From: Promethearchaeia archaeon
GTDB lineage: Archaea > Asgardarchaeota > Lokiarchaeia > Sigyniarchaeales > SOKP01
Direction of reading: 5' to 3'
NCBI GenBank assembly: GCA_029856155.1
Contig: JAHQWL010000023.1
Coordinates: 96,001 to 160,000 of the forward strand
Length of the DNA stretch: 64,000 bases
Position numbers and translations under genes: made by a program. Shown here piece by piece: positions 29,139 through 38,713 of this stretch; the first letter of the stretch is position 1, and each line of letters opens with the position of its first letter. The notes beneath the pieces are model-generated. The model searched no databases, was not told the DNA's origin, and saw only the letters and a list, made by a program, of their open reading frames with translations.

Positions 29139-29876
29139 ATGTCTGAAGATGAAGTAATTTGCAATAATTGCAGGAAGCTAACTAAAAAAAGTCATAAATA
29201 CTGCATGCATTGCGGTAGTTTATTAACACCATACTCGCCATTTCCATCGCGAGAAACTCAAGAAAGCTTACGCGATCCATTCGATACCACATCTATACCC
29301 TCAGATAAATTAGGTAAATTTCACATAAGTGAACTTAGTACTGGCTATAAAGTATTAGCATTTTTTATTATTGTCGCTGTAGTAGATTTAGTAGCATCAT
29401 TTATATTCGTGTTTGGCTACCATTTACCATTAAATACTTATTTTATGTTATTTGTAGGATTTTTTATTTTATTTATGATAATCGTTGGTTTAATATGGGG
29501 TGTAGCGGCAGGTTCAGATTTTGCTAATGCAGCATTGAAAGGTTGTGCCGCTATATTTGGTATTATCCTCCTCCTAGCAATTATTATACCGATCTATGTT
29601 ATATATGCTTTACCAAGTATTGTTGGGTCATTTTCTTTTTCTTCACCCGCGCTTGAAGAATTAGGGCAACGGATAACAGATGCCATTAGCAATGCGTTAA
29701 ACAATTTTATTGGATCAATATTTCGAGAAATTGGGGATAATATTAAAACTTCTTGGGAAAATGCGTTTGCAGATGTCGAAGTTCCTGGTTTTGAGCCATT
29801 CTTATTTCTTGGCTTATTTATTTCACTTTCTATAATTCTTATATATAAGTACCATTTAACTATTAAAAAAAAATAG
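29139..29876 (+). CDS. Zinc-ribbon + 3-TM protein with a C-terminal PGF/Loki-CTERM-like sorting signal
   Basis: CNNC...CMHC at the N-terminus. The C-terminus VPGFEP-FLFLGLFISLSIILIY-KYHLTIKKK has the motif/TM/basic-tail layout. Confidence 0.8.
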   Translation: MSEDEVICNNCRKLTKKSHKYCMHCGSLLTPYSPFPSRETQESLRDPFDTTSIPSDKLGKFHISELSTGYKVLAFFIIVAVVDLVASFIFVFGYHLPLNTYFMLFVGFFILFMIIVGLIWGVAAGSDFANAALKGCAAIFGIILLLAIIIPIYVIYALPSIVGSFSFSSPALEELGQRITDAISNALNNFIGSIFREIGDNIKTSWENAFADVEVPGFEPFLFLGLFISLSIILIYKYHLTIKKK

Positions 29877-29943
29877 GATTAATTACTAAGATTATTTTTA
29901 TTTCCTTTTTTTTAAATAGCAGTAATTTAAACTGAATTTCAAT

Positions 29944-30621
29944 ATGCTATATGACGAAAAAATGAAAGAAAACCAAAATAAAAAGTTGTACCCTCCTAGA
30001 CCAATACTCCAATTGAATGAAAAAATATACAAATTTTCAAATCTTCAATTTGTTTATTTAATTATTGGTAGTCCATTATTGACTATTTTCATTTATTATT
30101 TTCTAAAACTTAGATTTAATTATTGGATATATGAACTTACATCTATGCAGATATCCTTTTTCCTAAATTCATTTTTTAATCTAAATTCAGAAGTAATTAT
30201 CTATACTGATCACAATATATTTCCTACTATTTTTATACCTAACCACCCTTTTGAGGGAAGCTATGCTATTAGTACAAATTGTATCGCAGCTCATATTTTT
30301 AGCATTATGATTGGAATCATTCTGTTTATACCATCATCAAAAGAATCTTTAAATAAAAGAAATTTTATATGGAGAAAAATAAAAACTTTAATAGTTACGG
30401 TTGTAGGTATTTACATATTAAACATCTTTCGAATTGTATTTCTGCTATTTTTTAATTTTAAAGGAATACCATTTGAATTCATCCATGAGTCCTTATTTTT
30501 CTTATCTGCTGTAATTGGAGCTTTGTTTGTTGTTATCGTTCTTAAAAATTGGTTACCAGAATTGTTTATATCAATCTATTACATATTTTTCTTAATTTCT
30601 CAAAAAAAAAAAAATCAATAA
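29944..30621 (+). CDS. Archaeosortase/exosortase family transpeptidase
   Basis: Multi-TM, with the Cys-Arg-His triad in the expected order: ISTNCIA, LNIFRIV, FIHE. Confidence 0.85.
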   Translation: MLYDEKMKENQNKKLYPPRPILQLNEKIYKFSNLQFVYLIIGSPLLTIFIYYFLKLRFNYWIYELTSMQISFFLNSFFNLNSEVIIYTDHNIFPTIFIPNHPFEGSYAISTNCIAAHIFSIMIGIILFIPSSKESLNKRNFIWRKIKTLIVTVVGIYILNIFRIVFLLFFNFKGIPFEFIHESLFFLSAVIGALFVVIVLKNWLPELFISIYYIFFLISQKKKNQ

Positions 30622-30786
30622 TATGATTCCATTTCAACAGTTTTGAATACTCCTATGTACATTCGTAATTTATAAACTTAAACAAAATAGTCATAATTTG
30701 CTTATTTTTAAAAAAATAGAATCCCCATTTTAACCACTTTAACCATACTTCCAGCTTGGTTTCATTTATTTTTCAAAAACGTAACC

Positions 30787-30857
30787 TTTAAATAGGCAAA
30801 TTAATATTGTTATATTAAAGTATGTAAACTTTTCATTGACAACAAAAGATTACATAC
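30787..30857 (+). promoter_or_regulatory. TATA-like box and 14-bp inverted repeat upstream of grpE
   Basis: TTTAAATA at ~30787, then GTATGTAAACTTTT-cattgacaac-AAAAGATTACATAC at 30820-30857 (1 mismatch). Confidence 0.6.
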
Positions 30858-30892
30858 AAAAAAATGGGGTTTAAAACTCAAAAAATTAAAAA

Positions 30893-31621
30893 ATGACGTA
30901 TATGTTTGAAAATGAAATGGGAGATGGGAGAACTATGGCATTTGAAGAATATTTTGATAGATTTATGAATAATCGTGATGTTTCACGTGGTGTATCAAAT
31001 CAGATTTCGATTAAACGAAGTGATTATGAGGTTCTTAAAGCGAAAGCAGAAAAGTATGAAGCGTTAGTGGAAGAACATAAAAAGATTAAGACTCAAAATG
31101 ACCGTTTACTCAAAGAACTTGATGACATGAAAGATGATGGTCGTAAATATAAGGAATTATTGGAAGAGAAGGAAAAATATTTGAATTCACTTTTACGAGT
31201 ACGCGCTGATTTTGAAAATTATAAGAAGCGTTCAGAACAAGAGAACAGTAGATACAAGTCATATGTCATGGATGTAATACTAAAGAAGTTAATAGATCAT
31301 TATGATGATTTAGTGCGAGCTTTGAACTTGCTTAAAACGCTTGAAAACATGGATGGCATTAAGAATGGATTTGAATTGATAATTAAGAATTTTGAAAAGC
31401 TATTAGCGGAGGAGGGAGTGAAACCGATGGATTCAGAAGGTGAGAAATTTGATCCATATAAGCACGAAGCTATAATAATTGAAGAGGGTAGAGATGATCT
31501 CCCAGAAAATACGATATTAGAAGAAATAACTAAAGGTTATTATATAAAAGAAAAGATTTTAAGACCTGCGAAGGTCAAAATCTCAAAAAAATCAAAATTA
31601 AAAAATATAAATGAAAATTAA
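30893..31621 (+). CDS. grpE: Nucleotide exchange factor GrpE
   Basis: LRVRADFENYKKR, GEKFDPYKHEA and KGY...ILRPAKVKIS. Confidence 0.95.
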   Translation: MTYMFENEMGDGRTMAFEEYFDRFMNNRDVSRGVSNQISIKRSDYEVLKAKAEKYEALVEEHKKIKTQNDRLLKELDDMKDDGRKYKELLEEKEKYLNSLLRVRADFENYKKRSEQENSRYKSYVMDVILKKLIDHYDDLVRALNLLKTLENMDGIKNGFELIIKNFEKLLAEEGVKPMDSEGEKFDPYKHEAIIIEEGRDDLPENTILEEITKGYYIKEKILRPAKVKISKKSKLKNINEN

Positions 31622-31661
31622 AAAAAAAATACAAATAAATATAAAAATGGAGTGATGAAAT

Positions 31662-33575
31662 ATGGGAAAAATAATAGGAATTGATTTAGGAACGTCAAAT
31701 TCAGCAGCAGCAGTATTAATTGGCGGCAAACCAACGATTATTCCAAGTGCTGAGGGTTTAACCTTGGGTGGAAAGGCATTTCCCTCTGTGGTTGCTTTTA
31801 CTAAGGATGGTCAGAGATTAGTTGGAGAACCTGCAAGAAGACAAGCAATCTCAAATCCAGATCGTACAATTACAGCTATTAAAAGGAAGATGGGTACATC
31901 TTACAAGGTAACAATTGATGGAAAAGATTATTCACCACAAGAGATTTCCGCAATGATTCTGAGAAAAATCAAAGAAGATGCCAGTGCTTATTTAGGTGAA
32001 CAAGTTTCTGATGTGATTATTACAGTTCCAGCATATTTTAATGATAATCAAAGACAAGCTACAAAAGATGCAGGAAAGATTGCAGGATTGAATGTGAAAC
32101 GTTTAATTAACGAACCTACTGCCGCAGCAGTAGCTTATGGATTAGATAAGAAAAATGCAAGGCTAAAAATCGCGGTACTGGATCTTGGCGGTGGTACTTT
32201 TGATGTCACGATAATGGAAATGGACAATCAAGTTTTTGAAGTGATTTCTACAGCAGGGGATACTCAGTTAGGAGGTACAGATATGGATAAAATTCTTGTT
32301 GATTATATAGTTTCTGAGTTTCAGAAAGATCAAGGTGTAGATTTAAGAGGAGATTCTATGGCAATGCAACGAGTTAAAGAAGCAGCAGAAAAAGCTAAAA
32401 TTGAATTATCTACATCGATTACAACTGATATTAATTTACCTTATATTACCGCAACTAAAGAAGGTCCAAAGCATCTTAATATGTCTCTAACAAGAGCCAA
32501 ATTGGAGCAACTCATTGAACCGGTATTAAAAAGGTTGGATACTTCAATCTTAAAAGCTTTACAAGACGCTGGAATGGCAAGAGGAGAAATTGATAAGATT
32601 ATTTTAGTTGGTGGACCAACTAGAATGCCCATTATACAGAAGAAATTCGAAGATTTACTAGGTAAAACTCCAGAGCGCAGTATTGATCCAATGGAATGTG
32701 TTGCGATGGGTGCTTCAGTTCAAGGTGGAGTATTAACTGGTGAGGTTGAGGATTTATTATTACTCGATGTTACACCTTTATCATTAGGAGTTGAGACTTT
32801 AGGTGGAGTTTTTACGAAATTAATTGAAAGAAATACCACAATTCCTACCAAAAAGGCTGAAACTTTCTCAACTGCAGCTGATAATCAACCCGCAGTAGAA
32901 ATTCATGTACTACAAGGTGAAAGACCAAGAGCAGTAGATAATATAACATTAGGAAAGTTTCATTTGAATGGTATTCCACCAGCTCCAAGGGGAATACCAC
33001 AGATCGAAGTCACATTTGATATTGACCAAAATGGAATTCTTAATGTTTCAGCGAAAGATAAAGGCACTGGAAAAAGTCAGTCAATAACAATTACTGCATC
33101 TACTAAGATGTCTGATAATGATATTGAACAAAAAATTCGAGAAGCAGAGAGAAACGCTGAAGAAGATCGAAAATTTCAAGAATTAACTGAAGCTAAAAAC
33201 CATGGAGAATCATTAATATACCAAAGTGAAAAACTAATGAAAGAAAATGAAGCTGTAATTGGAGATTTAAAATCAACAATACTTAACAAGATCTCTGATT
33301 TAAGAAGTGCGATGGAATCTGAGGATGTAAGTCGAATTAAAAATGCTACAGAAGCTTTACAGAATTCATTACATGAAGTTTCATCTCGAATATATGGACA
33401 ACAACAAGGTTCTTATCAAGGAGCATATCAAGGTGCACCACCTGGAGGTATGGGAGATGTCCCACCGGGTGCAGCATATGGATCTCAAGGAAAAACTCAA
33501 GATGAAATCGAAGAAGAACAATTCAGAAGAGCAACAGGCCAAGATGACAATGTAGTAGACGCTGAGTATGACTAA
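31662..33575 (+). CDS. dnaK: Chaperone DnaK (Hsp70)
   Basis: [27 protein letters not shown] and [11 protein letters not shown]. Confidence 0.98.
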   Translation: MGKIIGIDLGTSNSAAAVLIGGKPTIIPSAEGLTLGGKAFPSVVAFTKDGQRLVGEPARRQAISNPDRTITAIKRKMGTSYKVTIDGKDYSPQEISAMILRKIKEDASAYLGEQVSDVIITVPAYFNDNQRQATKDAGKIAGLNVKRLINEPTAAAVAYGLDKKNARLKIAVLDLGGGTFDVTIMEMDNQVFEVISTAGDTQLGGTDMDKILVDYIVSEFQKDQGVDLRGDSMAMQRVKEAAEKAKIELSTSITTDINLPYITATKEGPKHLNMSLTRAKLEQLIEPVLKRLDTSILKALQDAGMARGEIDKIILVGGPTRMPIIQKKFEDLLGKTPERSIDPMECVAMGASVQGGVLTGEVEDLLLLDVTPLSLGVETLGGVFTKLIERNTTIPTKKAETFSTAADNQPAVEIHVLQGERPRAVDNITLGKFHLNGIPPAPRGIPQIEVTFDIDQNGILNVSAKDKGTGKSQSITITASTKMSDNDIEQKIREAERNAEEDRKFQELTEAKNHGESLIYQSEKLMKENEAVIGDLKSTILNKISDLRSAMESEDVSRIKNATEALQNSLHEVSSRIYGQQQGSYQGAYQGAPPGGMGDVPPGAAYGSQGKTQDEIEEEQFRRATGQDDNVVDAEYD

Positions 33576-33580
33576 CTTAG

Positions 33581-33606
33581 GTTTTTTTTTTATTTTTTTA
33601 TTTTTA
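33581..33606 (+). terminator. Oligo-T archaeal-type terminator after dnaK
   Basis: gTTTTTTTTTTaTTTTTTaTTTTT run directly after the stop codon. Confidence 0.5.
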
Positions 33607-33660
33607 CAAATTCACATTTATCAAATTATTATTCACGTATATAAGAAAAGGTTGTAAAAT

Positions 33661-34671
33661 ATGGCAAAGGATTATTATAAATTATTAGGAATAAATAAAG
33701 GTGCTTCAAAAGAGGAAATTAAAAGAGCCTTTCGAAAAATGGCTCGTAAATATCATCCTGATGTTAATCCAGACGAATCAAAATCGGGAGAGAAATTTAA
33801 GGAGATCAACGAGGCATATACAATTTTAAACGATGATAAAAAAAGGGATATGTATGATAGATTTGGTGTTGTAGAAGGTGATACTTCTACATATCAGAAT
33901 AGGGGTGGATCTCCTGGAAGTGATAGAGTTCGTCAAAGTCCAGACGGTACAACCTATTATTATTCTACATCGGGTTCACCTGGAGGATTTGATTTTAGTG
34001 AAATTTTCGGAAATCATAATAATTCAGGGAGTAGGAGTGGTGGATTCGATTTTTTTAATGATTTAGGCGATATTTTTGATGTTTTTAATAGGGGGGGTCA
34101 AGGGAGTACAAGAGCAAGATCTCCCAATTATAATAATACTCCAAGAGAAGGAGATGATTTAAGATACGATATGGAAATAGATTTTATGGATGCCTTTAAT
34201 GGAGGGAAGAAAACAGTTCAATATAAGGATCCCACAACTGGTCAAATGAAGTCGTTAAATGTAACCATTCCAAGAGGTATAAAGGACGATCAAAAATTAC
34301 GTCTAAAAGGGAAAGGTATGCTTGGAGAAAATGGAGGTTCTCAAGGAGATCTCTACATAGCTATACATATAAGAAATCATCCAAAATTCGAAAGAAAAGA
34401 TGATGATATATATATTGAACAAGAAGTTCCTTTTACAACCGCAGCACTCGGAGGAAAAATTCAAGTCTCTGGTGTTGAAAATTCTTTAAATGTAACAATT
34501 CCTCCGGGAACTAATGATTCATCATTATTAAGATTAAAAAATCAGGGTTTTTATAAAATAAATTCAAATCAAAGAGGAAATTTAATGGTTAAAATCAAAA
34601 TTAAGGTCCCAAAGAAATTGAATAGGAATCAGAAGGAGTTATTAGAAAAATTACAAATTTTAGGTGTTTAA
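33661..34671 (+). CDS. dnaJ: DnaJ, class B (J domain + G/F region + CTD, no zinc finger)
   Basis: KYHPD, G/F-rich linker with DIF motifs, and no CxxCxGxG repeats. Confidence 0.9.
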   Translation: MAKDYYKLLGINKGASKEEIKRAFRKMARKYHPDVNPDESKSGEKFKEINEAYTILNDDKKRDMYDRFGVVEGDTSTYQNRGGSPGSDRVRQSPDGTTYYYSTSGSPGGFDFSEIFGNHNNSGSRSGGFDFFNDLGDIFDVFNRGGQGSTRARSPNYNNTPREGDDLRYDMEIDFMDAFNGGKKTVQYKDPTTGQMKSLNVTIPRGIKDDQKLRLKGKGMLGENGGSQGDLYIAIHIRNHPKFERKDDDIYIEQEVPFTTAALGGKIQVSGVENSLNVTIPPGTNDSSLLRLKNQGFYKINSNQRGNLMVKIKIKVPKKLNRNQKELLEKLQILGV

Positions 34672-34772
34672 TCATTATTAAGAAAAGAAAAAGTGAAAAT
34701 ATTGATATAATAATAATTGGTCTACAATTGTTTTATAATTTTAAATAAAATTAGTATATTGAGGTTATTAAA

Positions 34773-35672
34773 ATGGGGTTAAATACTAAAAATAACGTTT
34801 TATTAAATCTTTGTCCCGAATGTGGGGGATCAATAATTCCATTGATGAATACTGGAGATATTGTATGTAATCAGTGTGGATTAGTTATTAATGAAAAAAG
34901 TGTTGATTTTTCGCATAAAGGGAGGAGAGCATATACTAATCAAGAAAAAAATAATAGAGAGCAAACTGGTGCTCCAATTTCGGTATTATTACCAGATATG
35001 GGATTAAGTACTGTTATAGACAGAAATAAAATAAGTAATCCTGATTTAAAAAGAGCTGCTAAATGGAATACGCGTATAACCTGGCAAAAGAGAAATTTAT
35101 TAATAGCATCTACAGAATTAAAAAGAATTAGCACTAATTTGAATTTACCAAATTATGTAAGAGAGGATGGAATGCGCTTATATAAGGAAGCTTTTAAAAA
35201 AAAATTGTTACGAGGAAGATCCATCAATGCAATGGTTGCTGCGTGCTTATATTTAGCATGTAGAAGAAAGCAAATTCCAAGAACACTTCAAGAAATAACA
35301 AATGAAGCATCAGCAAATGCTAAAGATGTAAGGAGAAGTTATACTACCTTAATTAGGGAATTTAATTTAAAATCTCCATCAACAGATCCATTATCTCTTA
35401 TTCCAAGATATATCAATGAGTTAGGATTAAATTCAGAAATAGAACAATTAACAACTAAAATTTTAAAAGCTTATAGTTTAAAATTTTCAATTAGTGGAAA
35501 AGACCCAAAGGGCTTATGTGCTGGGGCAATATATTTAGCTTGCAGAATTAAGAATAAAGAAATTACACAACAACAAATTGTAGAATCAGTCCAGGTAACA
35601 GAAGTAACTCTTCGTTCAAGATATAAAGAACTGAAAACTAAATTAAAAATTACTGTACCCACATTAAATTAA
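34773..35672 (+). CDS. tfb: Transcription initiation factor IIB
   Basis: CPECG...CNQCG zinc ribbon, LLRGRS...AACLY, GKDPKGLCAGAIY and VTEVTLRSRYKEL. Confidence 0.95.
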   Translation: MGLNTKNNVLLNLCPECGGSIIPLMNTGDIVCNQCGLVINEKSVDFSHKGRRAYTNQEKNNREQTGAPISVLLPDMGLSTVIDRNKISNPDLKRAAKWNTRITWQKRNLLIASTELKRISTNLNLPNYVREDGMRLYKEAFKKKLLRGRSINAMVAACLYLACRRKQIPRTLQEITNEASANAKDVRRSYTTLIREFNLKSPSTDPLSLIPRYINELGLNSEIEQLTTKILKAYSLKFSISGKDPKGLCAGAIYLACRIKNKEITQQQIVESVQVTEVTLRSRYKELKTKLKITVPTLN

Positions 35673-35898
35673 AAAAATTTATTTTCTATTTATTCGTTTA
35701 TTTCATAGTTTTTTCTAATTCAGGTACAAATCAATAAAGAAACACATTTTTTTATCCAATTTCTTCTCATATATTCTTTTTAATGCTAATTTCAATATTA
35801 ATTTTAAATTATCTTTAGGCATCCATATTTATACTAGTATAGATATTTCATTATCAATACATAGTTTAAGTTTTAACTAAACTCATTTTGATAGAACC

Positions 35899-36879
35899 AT
35901 GGTTTCTTATAAAGAATTAGGATTATTAAATACAAAAAAAATGTTTGAAGTTGCTCTAGAGAGAAAGTTTGCGGTACCCGGATATAATTTTAGCAATTTA
36001 GAACAATTGCAGGCTATTATTATAGGTTGTGGAGAAAGTAAATCCCCGGTGATACTTCAAAATAGTCCCGAAGCAGGAGAGTACGCAAATCGCGTAATGG
36101 TTAGATATTTAGTAGAAGGCGCAGTAGCGATGGCAAAGAGTTTGGGTTATGATATCCCAATTGCATTACATCTGGATCATGGAAATTCATTTGAATTAGC
36201 AAAAATCTGTATAGATAATGGTTTTTCAAGTGTCATGTTTGACGGAAGTCATTTAGAATATGAAGAAAACATTAACATCACAAAAAAAATTGTTTCTTAC
36301 GCTCACGAAAGAGAAATAAGTGTAGAATCAGAATTAGGAGTTATTGCAGGTATTGAAGGACATGTAGAAGCGACCGAACATTTCTATACTGACCCCGATC
36401 AAGTAGAAGATTTCGTAAATAGTACTGGTTGTGATTCACTAGCAATTGCTATTGGAACTTCTCATGGAGCCTATAAATTTAAAGTAGAAAAAGAGGAAGA
36501 TATCCCAGAATTACGATTTGATATACTTCAAGAAGTTAGAAAACGTTTAGGAAAGTTTCCAATCGTTCTGCATGGTTCATCATCCATACCTCAAAAATAC
36601 GCTAACATAATTAATGAATTTGGAGGGACTTTATCAAAAGCATTTGGAATACCTGAAGCTCAATTAAGGAAAGCAACTCAATATGGGGTCTGTAAAATCA
36701 ATATTGCCACAGATAGTCGAATGGTTTTTACAGCGATGATAAGAAAATATTTAGCAGAGCATCCAGATCAAATTGGTCCAAGAAAATATTTAGGTTTAGC
36801 TCGTCAAGAGCTTATCGAAATGATAAAACAAAGAAATAGAGATACATTAGGATCAGCAGATCAAGCAAATTATATTTAA
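35899..36879 (+). CDS. fba: Class II fructose-bisphosphate aldolase
   Basis: LHLDHG, SVMFDGS, GTSHGAYK, VLHG and KINIATD. Confidence 0.92.
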   Translation: MVSYKELGLLNTKKMFEVALERKFAVPGYNFSNLEQLQAIIIGCGESKSPVILQNSPEAGEYANRVMVRYLVEGAVAMAKSLGYDIPIALHLDHGNSFELAKICIDNGFSSVMFDGSHLEYEENINITKKIVSYAHEREISVESELGVIAGIEGHVEATEHFYTDPDQVEDFVNSTGCDSLAIAIGTSHGAYKFKVEKEEDIPELRFDILQEVRKRLGKFPIVLHGSSSIPQKYANIINEFGGTLSKAFGIPEAQLRKATQYGVCKINIATDSRMVFTAMIRKYLAEHPDQIGPRKYLGLARQELIEMIKQRNRDTLGSADQANYI

Positions 36880-36890
36880 GAAAAAAATTT

Positions 36891-37160
36891 TTACCCTTTT
36901 TCAATAACTATTCCTGTACCACCTTTAGGATATTGAAATTGAATTGCACCAGCATCACATACTTGATAACAAGCAGCACATTCTAAGCATTTCGATTGAT
37001 AGTCGTCCATAATACAGATTTTTCCTTCTCTTTTTCGCCATAAATTCATAACGCATATAATTAAACAACGTTCACAGTTATTACATTTATTATGATCTAT
37101 CGAAATGAAGTTCCCTGTGCCTAAAATTCGTTTAGTTAAGCCTTCTAATTCTATATTCAT
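36891..37160 (-). CDS. FixX-like ferredoxin
   Basis: CNNCERCLIIC and CLECAACYQVC...YPKGGTGI. Confidence 0.85.
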   Translation of the reverse strand: MNIELEGLTKRILGTGNFISIDHNKCNNCERCLIICVMNLWRKREGKICIMDDYQSKCLECAACYQVCDAGAIQFQYPKGGTGIVIEKG

Positions 37161-37165
37161 TTTTG

Positions 37166-38587
37166 TTAAACACCTTTTTTTTTCTTTTTCTGTGGTAACA
37201 TATCCAAAAGTTTAGGTAGCACTTTCATAATCTTCTTAGGATCCATTAATTTATCTAAATCATCTTCAAAAACCTTTGTTAATAGAGGAAATATATATGC
37301 CATTATAAATGGCGTCGCTTTAGGCATATATGACCTTATATGACTTATTATTTGACGCACCCTTAAAGCGTGAGGTTGTGACCAGTCAAATATTCCTCCA
37401 AGAATTTCCATTATCATTGGTACAAACCAAGACATAGTTTCTTTTGGACTAAATGGTAGGGCTTTCCAAATATTCCATAACTCAAACCCAGCCTCAAACT
37501 CTTGTCCAATACTAGTTTGTTGCCACTTCTCATCAAATTTTTTGAGTGTTGATTTAGACACATCTTCGGATGATATTACTTCAGAAGCTACTTCTGCTGC
37601 AATCTTTCCCGTAACCATAGCGGGATATATCCCTTCAGCCTCCAGAGGACATGGAAACCCACCAGCATCTCCAATTAATATAACACCATCAGCATGAGTA
37701 TTATTAGGAAAATCTAACCAAGGAAGTAGATGAACTTGAAGTTCACGTGGTTTAGCATCGAGAATCTTTAATAATCTTTGATAGTATTTTAGATTAATTA
37801 CACGATTTAAATAATATAATGGATTACTATCCCACCAATTCATCCAGTTTCCTAATCCTTGATGAAACCCATCATTAAAGAAAACTTGATATGAAGCTGG
37901 AAAGTTTGAACCCCACCATACACCTAATGTTTCATCACCCATAATATCATCAATTCTGTCCGAAGGTGCTTGAAAATCGTATTGCGGTACTAATGTAACT
38001 TGATTTTGAGCCCATTTATTTCTCAATCCAGATTTTTGCGCTACAGTTGATATGACTCCGTCTGCTCCAATAACAAGTGGAGCTCTATATTTCTCTCCGT
38101 TTTCATCAATTACACCACACACTTTGCCACTATCCTTTAATAAATCAACAATTAATGTTGAAACTGTTAATTTTGCGCCAGCATCCGTTGCAAATTTAGC
38201 AATCCAAGGATCAAACTCACTACGATAAACATTCATAGTAATCCAGGATTTTGCGGGTTCATATGAAACGGATTCTGTCGGTCTTGCCATAATATAACCC
38301 GCTACAATGTCATCTTTATTTACAAAATAATTACGCGAGGCAGTTCCAGCTCTCATTGAAGGACATTTATCAGGAGTTAATTCATTCATCATTTCAGGAA
38401 AGTCTCTAAACATGCGTGGTCCTAAACCGCACCCTGAAGAATTTTTTTCGCCTGGTTTACGACTTCGTTCAAAAAAAATTGTTTTTAATCCTTTTTCTGC
38501 TGCAGTTTTCGCCGCCATCGAACCTCCAGGTCCAGCACCAACTATTATTAAATCAAAATCTTTCATTTGAATTTCCTTTTTAAACAT
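37166..38587 (-). CDS. FixC/geranylgeranyl-reductase-family FAD oxidoreductase
   Basis: IVGAGPGG, PGEKNSSG, RSEFDPW, IGADG and LIGDAGG...EGIYPAM. Confidence 0.85.
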   Translation of the reverse strand: MFKKEIQMKDFDLIIVGAGPGGSMAAKTAAEKGLKTIFFERSRKPGEKNSSGCGLGPRMFRDFPEMMNELTPDKCPSMRAGTASRNYFVNKDDIVAGYIMARPTESVSYEPAKSWITMNVYRSEFDPWIAKFATDAGAKLTVSTLIVDLLKDSGKVCGVIDENGEKYRAPLVIGADGVISTVAQKSGLRNKWAQNQVTLVPQYDFQAPSDRIDDIMGDETLGVWWGSNFPASYQVFFNDGFHQGLGNWMNWWDSNPLYYLNRVINLKYYQRLLKILDAKPRELQVHLLPWLDFPNNTHADGVILIGDAGGFPCPLEAEGIYPAMVTGKIAAEVASEVISSEDVSKSTLKKFDEKWQQTSIGQEFEAGFELWNIWKALPFSPKETMSWFVPMIMEILGGIFDWSQPHALRVRQIISHIRSYMPKATPFIMAYIFPLLTKVFEDDLDKLMDPKKIMKVLPKLLDMLPQKKKKKGV

Positions 38588-38713
38588 CTTTTAGATAGAA
38601 TATTTATTTTATAATGCTCATAAGATATTTAAAAATTTAGTTTTCTAGATGAAAACATCTTAATAGAGAGAAATATTTTAAGAAGAAAGGATTTTTTTTC
38701 TTACTTTATAAAT

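Noticed and set aside
30820-30857. CIRCE element
   Set aside because: The arms do not resemble TTAGCACTC/GAGTGCTAA and no hrcA is nearby. It is kept as a different motif under findings.
35830-35841. TATACTAGTATA palindrome upstream of fba as a sugar-regulator site
   Set aside because: It overlaps a probable TATA box, does not match the TrmB-type TGM motif, and is not repeated upstream of pyk.
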